A DNA stretch of 64,000 bases, taken from contig CM059432.1 of the NCBI GenBank assembly GCA_030390025.1, positions 20,648,001 through 20,712,000 of the forward strand. The letters are read 5' to 3'. The notes below the pieces were generated by a model. That model worked only from the letters and a program-made list of their open reading frames with translations. It did no database searches and was not told the origin of the DNA. This stretch comes from Squalus acanthias (lineage: Eukaryota). The translations under genes were made by a program, and so were the position numbers. Below are positions 23,115 through 34,815 of this stretch, in pieces (the first letter of the stretch is position 1; every line of letters begins with the position of its first letter).

Positions 23115-26113
23115 TCATGTCCAAATTCCTGCCCGCTCCACATAACCCTTAATTCCCTTTACTTCTAGGAAACTGTCTATTTCTGTTTTAAATTTATGTA
23201 ATGATGTAGCTTCTACAGCTTTTTGGGGCAGCATATTCCATGGGCCTACCACCCTCTGAGTGAAGTAGTTCCTTCTCATCTCAGCTTTGAAAGAGAAGCC
23301 CCTTATTCTAAGACTATGCCCCCTAGTTCTAGTTTCACCCATCATCGGGAACATCCTCCCCGCATCCACCCGATCCAACCCCTTCACAATCTTATATGTT
23401 TCAATAAGATCGCCTCTCATTCTTCTGAACTCCAATGAGTAGAGTCCCAATCTATCCAACTTCTCCTCATATGTCCATCCCCTCATCCCCGGGATTAACC
23501 GAGTGAACCTTCTTTGTACTGACTCGAGAGCAAGTATGTCTTTTCTTAAGTATGGACACCAAAACTGTATGCAGTATTCCAGGTGTGGTCTCACCAATAC
23601 CTTGTACAACTGAAGCAATACCTCCCTATTTTTATATTCTATCCCCCTAGCAATGAAAGCCAACATTCCATTGGCCTTCTTAATCACTTGCTGCACCTGC
23701 ATACTAACCTTTTGAGTTTCGTGCACCAGGACCCCCAAATCCCTTTGTACTTCAGTACCTTCCAGTTTCTTGCCATTAAGATAATAACTTGCTCTCTGAT
23801 TTTTCCTGCCAAAGTGCATAACCTCACACTTTCCAGTATTGTATTCCATCTGCCAAATCTCGGCCCACTCACTTAGCCTGTCTATGTCCCCTTGCAGATT
23901 TTTTATGTCCTCCTCACTCACTACTTTCCCTCCCATCTTAGTATCATCTGCAAACTTTGATATGTTACACTCGGTCCCCTCCTCCAAATCGTTAATATAG
24001 ATTGTAAAGAGTTGGGGACCCAGCACCGACCCCTGCGGAACACCACTAGTTACTGATTGCCAGTCTGAGAATGAACCATTTATCCCAACTCTCTGCCTTC
24101 TGTTAGATAGCCAATCCTCTATCCATGCCAGAATATTACCCCCAATCCCGTGATTTTTTATCTTAAGCAATAATCTTTTGTGTGGCACCTTGTCAAATGC
24201 CTTTTGGAAGTCTAAATACACCACATCCACTGGTTCCCCTTTATCTACCCTGTATGTTACTTCCTCAAAGAACTCCAGCAAATTTGTCAAACATGACTTC
24301 CCCTTCATAAAACCATGCTGACTTTGTCCTATTAAATTATGATTATCCAAATGTCCCGTTACTGTCTCCTTAATAATGGACTCCAAAATTTTACCTACCA
24401 CAGATGTTAGGCTAACCGGTCTATAGTTTCCAACCTGCTGTCTACTGCCCTTTTTAAATAAGGGTGTTACATTAGCAGTTTTCCAGTCTGCCGGGATCTT
24501 TGCTGAGTCCAGGGAGTTTTGGAAAATTATTACCAATGCATCCACAATCCCTACCGCCACTTCCCTCAAGACCCTAGGATGTAAGCCATCAGGTCCAGGT
24601 GATTTATCCGCCTTGAGTCCCATTATTTTACCGAGTACCACTTCCTTAGTGATTTTGATCGTGTTTAACTCCTCCCCCCCTATAGCCCCCTGTTTGTCCA
24701 GTGTTGGGATATTCTTAGTGTCCTCTACTGTAAAGACTGATACAAAATATCCATTCAGTGTATTTGCCATCTCCATATTTCCCACCATTAATTTCCCGGT
24801 CTCATCCTCTAAGGGACCAACATTTACTTTAGCCACATTTTTTCTTTTTATATAGCTATAAAAACTCTACTATCTGTTTTTATATTTTTTGCTAATTTAC
24901 TTTCATAATCTATCTTCCCTTTCTTAATCAATCTTTTTGTTATTTTTTGCTGTCTTTTAAAGTTTTCCCAATCCTCTATCCTCCCACTAGATTTGGCTAC
25001 CTTATAGGCCCTTGTTTTTAGTCGAATACTATCCTTAATTTCTTTACTTAGCCACGGATGACTGTCTTTTCTTTTACACCCTTTTCTTCTCAGTGGAATA
25101 TATATTTTTTGGAAGTTGTAAAATAACTCCTTAAATGTACACCACTGATCATGTATCGTCTTACCCTTTAATCTATTTTCCCAATCCACTCTACTCAATT
25201 CCGCTCGCATACCTTCATAGTCTCCTTTATTCAAGCTTAGCATGCTTGTTTGAGATCCAATCTTCTCACCCTCTAAGTGAATATGGAATTCAACCATGTT
25301 ATGGTCACTCATTTCAAGGGGATCCTTTACTAGGACATTTTTAATTAATCCTGTCTCATTACACAGGACCAGATCTAAGGTTGCTTGCCCCCTGGTCAGT
25401 TCAGTTACATACTGCTCAAGAAACCCATCCCTAATACACTCAATGAACTCATCCTCAAGGCAGCCCTGCTCAATTTGATTTGTCCAATTAATATGATAGT
25501 TAAAATCCCCCATAATTATAGATGTTCCCTTATTACAAGCCTCAACTATTTCCTGATTGATACTCCGTCCAACAGAGTTGCTACTGTTCGGACGCCTATA
25601 GACTACGCCCACTAATGTTTTTTTCCCCTTATTATTCCTTATCTCCACCCAAACTGTTTCATTATCCTGATCTTTTGATCCAATATCATTTCTCTGTATT
25701 ACAGTGATTCCTTCCTTTATTAACATAGCTACCCCACCTCCCCTTCCTTCCTGCCTGTCCTTCCTGATCGTTAAATAACCTGGTATGTTTAATTCCCAGG
25801 CATTGTCATCCTGCAGCCATGTTTCTGTAATGGCCACAAGATCATACCCATATGTAGTTATTTGTGCCATTAACTCATCTATTTTGTTACGAATGCTACG
25901 TGCATTCAGATAGAGAACTTTTAAATATGTTTTGTGACACTTAGTTCCCGCTTTTGCCCTTTTTATTACTTTACCTTTTACTCCATACCTTCTGCCCCTT
26001 CCTGACACACTCTGGTTTTTAATTTCCCCACTGCTACCTAAGTCTATGACCTTCTCTTTTGTCAATTTTATTATTTGCTCTCCAGGAACCTCCCCCCCAC
26101 TAGTTATTTTAAA
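23115..26113 (-). pseudogene. CR1 ORF2 (AP endonuclease + reverse transcriptase), split by one frameshift near 24860-24870
   Basis: APE motifs YLNARS, ITETW, MGDFN, LDLV, SDHN; RT motifs NYRPVSL, DFQKAFDKV, GVPQGSVLGP, FADD. The two ORFs 24848-26065 and 23115-24836 are adjacent in different frames. Confidence 0.92.
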
Positions 26114-27030
26114 GCCCTCTCTACAGCCCTAGTTATATGATCCGCCAGGACTCTAGTCCCAGCACTGGCCAAGTGAAGCCCGTCCCAACGGAACAGCTCC
26201 CTCCTGTCCCAGTCCTGGTGCCAGTGTCCCAGGAAGCAAAACCCATTTCTCCCACACCAGTCTTTGAGCCACTCATTTAACTCTCTAATTTTATTTGTCC
26301 TAGCCAAATTCGCTCGTGGCTCAGGTAATAATCCAGAGATTATTACCCTTGAGGTTCTGTTTTTTAATTTGACCCCTAGCTGCTCATACTCCTTTAACAG
26401 AACCGGCTTCCTTGTCCTATCTACGTCATTTGTACCAACATGGACCACGACAACTGGATCCACCCCCTCCCACTGCAAATTTCTTTCCAGCCCAGAGGAG
26501 ATGTCCTTAACCCTGGCACTGGGCAGGCAACACAGCCTACGGGACTCTCGCTCTCGGCTGCAGAGAACTCTATCTATCCCCCTAATAATACTATCCCCTA
26601 CCACTACAACATTTCTATTTACTCCCCCCTCTTGAATGGCCCCCCGTTCCACGGTGCTGTGGCCAGGTTGCTCATCCTCCCTGCAGTCCCTGCTCCCATC
26701 CCCACAGGGAGTAAGAACCTCGAACCTGTTGGACAAGAGCAACGGCTGCGGCTCCTCCAACACTACCTCCTGGATCCCCGTACCTGCCTCACTCGTAGTC
26801 ACACCGTCCTGTCCCTGACCATGGGCTACATCTGAATTAATTAACTTCATAGGTGTGACCACCTCCTGAAACACAAAGTCCAGGTACTTCTCCCCCACCC
26901 TGATGTGTCGCAGTGTCTGAAGCTCAGACTCCAGCTCATCAATATGGAGCTGGAGTTCCTGTAGCAGCAGACACTTGTCACAGATGTAATCACCGTGAGC
27001 CTCAATGGGGTCCACCGGCTCCCACATCAA
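26104..27030 (-). CDS. CR1 ORF1p: partial zinc finger/coiled coil and SGNH esterase domain
   Basis: Motifs CDKC, LSNRFEVL, VVVGDS, HVGTND and WDGLHL. The N-terminal CxxC is missing, consistent with 5' truncation. Confidence 0.88.
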   Translation of the reverse strand: MMWEPVDPIEAHGDYICDKCLLLQELQLHIDELESELQTLRHIRVGEKYLDFVFQEVVTPMKLINSDVAHGQGQDGVTTSEAGTGIQEVVLEEPQPLLLSNRFEVLTPCGDGSRDCREDEQPGHSTVERGAIQEGGVNRNVVVVGDSIIRGIDRVLCSRERESRRLCCLPSARVKDISSGLERNLQWEGVDPVVVVHVGTNDVDRTRKPVLLKEYEQLGVKLKNRTSRVIISGLLPEPRANLARTNKIRELNEWLKDWCGRNGFCFLGHWHQDWDRRELFRWDGLHLASAGTRVLADHITRAVERALK

Positions 27031-27467
27031 CCCAGTTCCAGAATGATGGATGTCCACATCAGGATGACTCTGTTCTAGAATAGAAATTATTCACATCAGG
27101 ACAATAGCCTTCATTCTGGAGTAAGTGTTGCATGTTCCTCTTATGCATGTTCTCCAGGTTAGAGCGCTGTAGATTCCAAATAATAGATAATGCAGGTAAC
27201 TGTAAACTAATGAGTGAGTTTTGATTTGATTCAATTTAAATTAATGCTCATTTAATAACATTTGGTATACCCATTTTTCTTAGCTTATGAAGAGACTGAG
27301 AGAGAATCTATTCCAACTTATGAGTGTGCTGAACCTTGGTTGCTCAGCTACTACATTAAATATTCATTCTGAGTTTAGCACTTGGTGAATGTTCTGATAA
27401 GATCTGATCCTTAGTCTGGGTTGAGTCATCTGATCTCGGGCACAAAACCAGTCTATGTTTGAGATCA

Positions 27468-28289
27468 GTATAATGTGGGAAAGTGTGAGGTTATCCACTT
27501 TGGTAAGAAAAATAAAAAAGCAAATGATTATTTAAATGGAGAGAGATTACAAAATGCTGCAGCACAGAGGGACCTGGGGGCCCTTGTGCATGAAACACAA
27601 AAAGTTAGCATGCGGGTACAGGAAGGCAAATTGAATGTTGGCCTTTATTGCAAGGGGGTTGGAGTATAAAAGCAGGGAAGTCCTGCTACAACTGTGCAGG
27701 GTATTGGTGAGACCACACCTAGAGTACTGCGTACAGTTTTGGTCTCTTTATTTAAGGAGGGATATACTTGCATTGGAGGCAGTTCAGAGAAGGTTCACGA
27801 GGTTGATTCCTGAGATGAAGGGGTTGACTTATGAAGAAAGGTTGAGCAGGTTGGGCCTATACTCATTTGGAGTTTAGAAGAATGAGAGGTGATCTTATTG
27901 AAACAAATAAGATACTGAGGGGGCTCGACAAGGTAAATGCAGAGAAGATGTTTTCCCTCGTGGGGGAATCTGGAACTAGGGGGCATAGTTTCAGAATAAG
28001 TGGTCGCCCATTAAAAACTGAGATGAGGAGGAATTTTTTGTCTCAGAGGGTCGTAAATCTGTGGAATTCTCTGCCCCAGAGAGCTGTGGAGGCCGGGTCA
28101 TTGAATACATTTAAAGGTGGAGATAGACAGATTTTTGAACAATAAGGGAGTGATGGGTTATGGGGAGTGGGCAGGGAAATGGAACTGAGCCCAAGATCAG
28201 ATCAGCCATGATCTCATTATATGGCGGATCAGGCGCGAGGGGCCAAATGGCCTACTCCTGCTCCAATTTCTTGTGTTCTTATGTTCTTA
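27468..28289 (+). mobile_element. CR1 3' fragment
   Basis: Frameshifted RT C-terminus (RPHLEYCVQFWS, EFRRMRGDLIE) and 3' tail. Confidence 0.9.
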
Positions 28290-28299
28290 TCAGCTAATT

Positions 28300-28470
28300 C
28301 ATAGAATTACATAGAATGTACAGAATAGAAACAGGCCATTCGGCCCAACTGATCCCTGCCGGTGTTTATGCTCCACACGAGCCTCCTCCCCTCTCCATCT
28401 AACCCTATCAACATAACCATCTATTTCTTTCTCCATAATGTGTTTAGTTAGCTTTCCCTTAATGCATCAA
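28300..28470 (-). mobile_element. CR1-type 3' tail, different subfamily
   Basis: catagaa repeats followed by aggccattcggccc hairpin. Confidence 0.6.
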
Positions 28471-29094
28471 CACATTAGGTATGTGCTATAATTGTCCTCA
28501 GTACCTTTGGGCTAAGGAAGGAGAGGAAACTCTAGGTTCCCATTTCTGAGGACTATTCAGTAACCTGTTGGAAAATGGATAAGCGTGGACATGGGTAAAG
28601 GCAAAATCAGGCCCACACCCTCCTCCCTCAAGGTTTAATGGACTGCCAACACTTATATTGTCTATCAGTTCAAACATGAATAATGGCCTGGGCAAGGTAC
28701 AGGAAGGTGGCCATGAGGGGAGGGGCAGAAATTAGAAGGGCAAATAAAATGGAATCATATACGAATGCACTCACTGAAAACACTCTTCCACTTTTCAATT
28801 ATTTTTACAGGTTTTCCTTTTGTGCAATTCCTTTCAGGTAGAACGATGGCTGAGGAACTGGGTAAAAGTTTTTAAATTAGTTTGAGCAGCCTCAAATCAA
28901 TTCTCCTTGAACACAATTCACAGAATTGTCCTCAATTCAACAATAATTGTGTAACTGACCTTCAAATGTGATGACAAAAAATGAATGTAATATTCCAAGT
29001 GCACTAGCAGGAGAAATGTAGTAAAAAGAAGCCTAAGTATTGATATACAAGAAATTCTGGACTTATCTGCAATTTTAGTAATAATTGCATCTTA

Positions 29095-29940
29095 GGGGGC
29101 GATTTTGCCAGCCCTGGGGAGGCGGGTATGGAGGCGGGACTGCCGGGAAAATGGCAGAATTTGGGGGCGGGTGCCCAACCCGCCCCCAACCCGCCTACGT
29201 GCCATCTTGCCAGGAGGCAGGTGGCCGACCCGCGCCGGGTCCCATCTCCTTGGAGGCGGGAAGGGGATTAGTGCCACTTATCTGCCTGTTAACAGGTAGT
29301 TAACAGGCAGATAAGAGGATTATCCCCATTTTCAGACCTGAAGTGCGGGCTTCCCGAAGGTTGCGAACCCCGCCAGGGTCACCGAGGCGAGCAGTGGGTC
29401 TGTGGAGGTCGGAGGGGTGCAAAAGTGCACTGTGAAGGTAAGTGATGGGTGCAAGTGTGGAGAGGTGAGTATGTGAGGTAAGTGGAAAGTGTTAGTAAAA
29501 GTGTACTTACCTTTGTTTCTTCCTGCAGGCTAAAAGAGTTGGGGATGCGGAGAGTCTCGCACCTCCGCGGCAGAGTTGACAGATGGCTGTTGCATTCTCC
29601 AATGCAAGAACCATCTAATTTCTGCAAAAGAAAGAGGTTTGATGAATCTTGAATTCAAGAACTCATCAAACTACAGAGAATGTCAGTGTTTGACAGCTTC
29701 ACAGAGCTGTCAAACGATGACAAATCATCTGTCAAAAATTTTTGACAGATGAAACGTCATACGTTGACGTTCTCTGCAACCGGCTTTCCCTTAATTGGCC
29801 TGCTAAACCCGCTGGACGGGCTTAACAAGGTCAAACAAGGGAAAATAGCGTGGGTTGGCCAGAAGTTGATGGAGGCGGGACTGAAACCCGACAAGTGGGA
29901 GTCCCGCCTCCAAAAGCTCCCCATTGGCAAAATCCAGCCC
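29095..29940 (+). mobile_element. Non-autonomous PIF/Harbinger-like element, subfamily A
   Basis: 16-bp TIRs GGGGGCGATTTTGCCA / TGGCAAAATCCAGCCC, flanks TTA/TAA. Inverted sibling at 53042-53886. Confidence 0.8.
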
Positions 29941-29959
29941 TAAGTATCTATCATTGTTT

Positions 29960-30150
29960 TAAAAAAAATCATTCTCAGGATGTGACATCACTGGCAAGGC
30001 TAGAATTTATTGCCCAGCTCTAGTTGCCCTAAGAAGATATTGGTGTGCCGGTCCAGTGGTTGGATACAACTGAATGGCTTGCCGGGCCACTTCTGAGGGC
30101 AGTTAAGAGTCAACAGCAGCGTGGGACTGGTGTCACATACAGGTTCCAGT
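29960..30150 (-). mobile_element. SINE 3' part (family of 54088-54472)
   Basis: gggcagttaagagtcaac and the gcaataaat tail are shared with the 54088 copy. Confidence 0.6.
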
Positions 30151-30454
30151 GCCAGTGAATACCGCTGGTTTCTCCCCAGAGTTATGGTGGGAGATGGGTA
30201 GAACCCCAGAAAAATTTGGGGGCCAGTGTTTGCAAGGGGCAGTGCTTCCAACACTGTGGAAAGATGGCATCAGCTGGATAGGGCATGGAACTTTCATCAG
30301 CCAGCAGGGATCCACGTGTCGCTTAAAACGGGTGGAGTGTGTGAGTGACCAGCTGTGATGTGGTGGGTTCCTGGCTGTCATTAGCTGCCTCAGCCTAATC
30401 AATGAGACCCCTATAAGAAGAGAAAGGGAGCTCTTTTTTTTAAACAAGGGTTTC

Positions 30455-30790
30455 AGGAATAACTCGCCAAGCTTCTTCAACAGCACCTCCCAAACCTGCA
30501 ACCTCCACCACCTAGAAGGACAAAGGCAGCAGGCGCATGGGAACACCATCACCTCCAGGTTCCCTTCCAAGTCACACCCCATCCTGACTTGGATATATAG
30601 CACCATTCCTGCATCATCACTGGGTCAAAAACCTGGAACTCCCTCCCTAACAGCATTGCAGAAGTACCTTCACCACATGGACTCCAGTAGTTCAAGAAAG
30701 TCCACCACCATTTCTCAATGGCAACTAGAGATGGGTAATAAATGCTGGCCTTGTCAGTGACACCCACATCCCGAAAATGAATTCAAAGAA
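30455..30790 (+). mobile_element. Non-LTR retrotransposon 3' end (same family as 15410)
   Basis: Colinear with 15485-15800. Confidence 0.8.
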
Positions 30791-31564
30791 AACCTTCTAA
30801 AAGAGATGAGATGGCAATAGATTGTGTTCTGTTGCTCATTCCTTCGTACTGTTGACACAGGTGTGCTCTCACCCCAGGTGAGTGAAACCCTGCTATTCCA
30901 CAGCTGTTATAAAGCGGAGCTAAAAAGCGAAATTTTTAAATAAAAGACCATTCTTTGCACTTCTTTGTTTCATGATGTGAAGGCATTAATTATTGCGGTT
31001 GTTATATGTCGATGAACTTTCATCAGTAGCAAAGTAAATCTCAGCCCTTAAACCTCAACTCCACTCTCTGCCCTGTCTTAATCTTTGTTCAGTTTTGGCT
31101 TTGGCATAAATTGGCAGCTTTAAGGGAAGTGTGTCAGTAAGCTTTCGGAATTCACTGTATGAGAGCAAATGGTCTCTCTGGACCATGTATTAATTAAGGC
31201 CTAGAGGGCAGACTTGCTCCTTTGCCTCAATCACATACTGTAGCTTTGAACCAGGTGAATAAGAACAGTCCAGGATGATTATCTCACTCCTGTTATTTTT
31301 CCTCCCTCCATTTGGGGGAACTGACTAGATGTCTGCTGGACAAACATTTGAACTGCAGGAAAAAGTGATTGATTATTGATGCACTGTATAGCAAGAAGAA
31401 TGAATAATGTTGCTGCATATGATATTATTGGCAAGGAATCAAATTTGCTGTTATTTTTATCAGCAAAAGCAGACATCTAATTTTGTCACTGCCACTTCAT
31501 GTGATGCAGTAGTAGAAATAAACCACATTTTTGGTCTTGAAAGGGGGAAGCACCATGTTAGAAA

Positions 31565-32243
31565 CATACATAGAAACATAGAAGATAGGAGCAGGAGTAG
31601 GCCATTCGGCCCCTCGAGCCTGCTCCGCCATTCGATGAGATCATGGCTGATCATCCAAACTCAGTACCCTGTCCCTGCCTTCTCCTCATATCCCTTGATA
31701 CCTTTAGCCTTAAGAAATATATCTAACTCCTTCTTGAATATATTTACTGACTTGGCCTCAACTGCCTTCTGTGGTAGAGAATTCCACAGGTTCACCACTC
31801 TCTGGGTGAAGAAATTCCTCCTCATCTCTGTCCTAAATGGCTTACCCCTTATCTTTAGATTGTGACCTCTTGTTCTGGACTCACCCGCCATCGGGAACAT
31901 CCTTCCTGCATCAAGTCTGTCAAGCCCTGTTAGAATTTTATAAGTTTCAATGAGATCTCCTCTCATTCTTCGAAACTCCAGCGAGTATAAGCCCAATCGA
32001 CCCAATCTCTCCTCGTACGTCATTCCTGCCATCCCAGGTATCAGTCTGGTGAATCTTCGCTGCACTCCCTCCATGGCAAGAACATCCTTCCTCAGATAAG
32101 GCGACCAAAACTGCACACAATACTCAAGGTGTGGTCTCACCAAGGCCCTGTACAGCTGCAGCAAGACATCCTTGTTCCTGTACTCAAACCCTCTCGCTAC
32201 GAAGGCCAACATACCATTTGCCTTCTTAACCGCCTGCTGTTAC
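31565..32243 (-). mobile_element. CR1 3' fragment with uninterrupted ORF2 C-terminus
   Basis: ORF 31661-32212 plus (catagaaa) tail. Confidence 0.92.
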
Positions 32244-32285
32244 TGCATGTTGATGAGACTTGTGTCCAAATTCCATCACACCATT

Positions 32286-33530
32286 GCAAGGAAGAAACTC
32301 CTAGTGGTGGGCTACACAGCAATATTAGGGGTAAGATGACTGAAAGATCTACAACAGATGATGAGTTAAAAGAGCGCATGGTGTGTGTGGGGAGATAGGG
32401 CTGGACTAAGTTGCAAAGGTAGGAAGGTGAGAGACTGTCAGGGGAAGGGGTGGGGAAGGGAGGTGAAGACGAGGATAAGAATTTTGAAATCAATTGCCCG
32501 AGGAAACAGGGTGTCAATGCAGGTTTGCAAGGATTGGGGTGATAGTTGAGCCAGATTTTGCGCATGGGTGGCAGAAGTCCTAGATGAATTGGAGTTTGTC
32601 AGGTAGAGCTCAGGAGGCCACTGAGAAGGAAATGTGGAATCTAGAGGTTTTGGATGAGCGTTTCCGTGCAGTGAGGATGAGTTAGGCGTAGAGACAGGAG
32701 ATGTTTTGGAGGCAGAAGTAGGAAGACTTGGTGATGGGCTGAAAGTAGGGGTTAAGCCAGACTCAGTTTTAACCCAGAGCACGAATCAAGTGGGTTGGGG
32801 GAGGAGGCCAGTTGAACACCAAACCCCCCGCAACCTCAGCAGCGTGAGGCCTGGGCAATTTTAACCGACAGAAAGTGGGAACTGGCCGGTGGGCAGTATC
32901 AGAATGTCAAGTAACAGGAGGCGACTAAATGAAGGAACAGTCGTCTGGCCTTGGGTAAGTCATGGGGAGGGGGTTTTGGAAGGGTCTCAGGTTCGGAAAG
33001 TGGGGGGGGGGGGGGGCAGTGCCTGGGACATGGGAGGTCTAAACTTTCCTCGTAGGGCCCGGAGGAGCCCATTCTTCCTGGCCACACAAGGAATGTAAAA
33101 AAAACGTTTTTAAAAAAAACGTTCCTTGTTTGAGCCTTTTCCTGCTGTCTGCACCTGGCGAGAAAACCGCAACACTTTCCCCACTCAGGCAACGAGTCAA
33201 AATTGCAGTTGGGCCTCAATGACGTCATCAGACCCCGATCTGCTTATTTAAAGAATGACCTTACTGGCTTCAGGTGGCTGTCCTTGCTGTCTGCTCAGAA
33301 GTGCAGGTTAAAATAGAAGAGAGTGGGAACAGTGTGGGACATTGGAGGAAAGTCTTCTGGACAATTTTAATTGCCCACCCATCCAGTTTCCACTAGGTGG
33401 GTAGGCTTAAAATAGCCCCATAAGATTTTGTACCATTGGATTAAATTTGGCAGGTGTAAAAAGAATGGCTTTGGTCTTGCCAATATTGAGCTGCAAGGAA
33501 CTCTGGCACAACCACAAGTCGATGCTACAT
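32286..33530 (-). mobile_element. Decayed L2-like fragment interrupted by an old Harbinger-like element (~32760-33419)
   Basis: L2-like peptides IDFKILILVFTSL and LQLNIGKTKAILF lie on either side; right terminus ttaaaatagcccc. Confidence 0.45.
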
Positions 33531-33955
33531 TGTATGTCTTTTCCCTTAATTAGCACTGCAGGTTTCAAAACGTTAAAAACATTTTTTAATAGCTTTCCGT
33601 GTCTATGTTTGAACAAATTGCCTGCAGGTCAGTATTAACCTATATTTAAGTTTGCTTTGTTGTATTTTATTTTTCGGTGCAGTTAACAAAATGTCACCGC
33701 TGTGCAGCAATCTAAGAACAGAGAACGTACACAGCAGATGGTCTTCAGTAAATACTTTTTAGCAAACAATTTTTAAATATTCAGTCAGTTGTTAAGAGGA
33801 AGGGAATTTCATCTGCGGGCTGGTAATGTAAGTGACGGCATTGTTTCCCACTTGTCCAAATGGTGGTGATTCTATGTCCCTGGGCTGCCAGGCACTCAAA
33901 TTCTGCCTGCTGCAGTTAGGGTGGGCTTTCCAACAGGATATTAGATGGGGTCATA

Positions 33956-34804
33956 GGCTGGATTTTGAAGTTGGAGTCGTGTTGGGGTCGGGAATCACAC
34001 ATTCTGGCTTGTGAACCCGCCTCCATCGAGATGTGGCCAACCCACTGTATTTGCCCTTGATTGACCTTGTTGAGCCCGCCCAGTGGGCTCAGCAGGCCAA
34101 TTAAGGGCCACCCGGCAACAGGTGACGTCACAGACTGACATTTCATCTGTCAAGAGCTTTTGACAGATGAAATATCAGCGTTTGACAGCTCTGTGAAGCT
34201 GTCAAACACTCACAATATGATTTCTAACTTCAGTCCTTCCTTTCAGGCTGAGTTAGAAATCATTACAGCACAGAAAACAGAAGGCTGCTGTTTTTGACAG
34301 GTCCACGGCTTTCCTGCTTTCTGTGCCGGTGAGATTTCTAACTCCCGAGAACTGAAGGGCTGACACCTGCAGGAGGAAGTTAAGGTAAGTAAAACTTTTT
34401 CCAACACTTAGCACTTACCTTACACACTTACCTCTGCACACATGCACCCATCACTCACCTGGCCACCGGACATATCGACCCCTCCAACCCCTGCAGACCC
34501 ACGGCCTGACCCGATAACTTGGAGTGTTTGCCACCTGTCGGGAAGCCCACACTTTTGTTTTTAAAATAGGGATTATGCAAAAAACTGTCTGTTAACTACC
34601 TGTTAACAGGCAGTTAATTGTCACTAATTCCTTCCCGCCTCGGGGAGTCGGGTCTCAGAGCACGTCGGGTACCCGCCGCCAGAGAAACTGGCATGGAGGC
34701 GGGTTGGAGTCGGGATGGGGTCGGGACCCCCTAATCTGCAACTTTAACCCCCCCCCTCCCCCTGACTCCAAACCCGACTCCATGGGTCATTCAAAATCCA
34801 GCCC
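33956..34804 (-). mobile_element. Non-autonomous Harbinger-like element, subfamily B (left palindrome arm)
   Basis: TIRs GGCTGGATTTTGAA / TTCAAAATCCAGCCC, flanked by ATA/ATA. Confidence 0.85.
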
Positions 34805-34815
34805 ATAGAGTCATA

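Larger units (their letters stand above)
22877..27030 (-). mobile_element. Nearly full-length CR1 LINE (5'-truncated within ORF1)
   Basis: ORF1 (esterase), ORF2 (APE + RT), 3'UTR and (ttcttatg)n tail are all present in order. Confidence 0.95.

Noticed and set aside
29749..29943. Similar short ORFs in the Harbinger-like copies (also 33916-34146 and 53033-53233)
   Set aside because: The similarity follows from repeat homology; no transposase or Myb motif, and subfamily C lacks the ATG (gatgaag continues differently).
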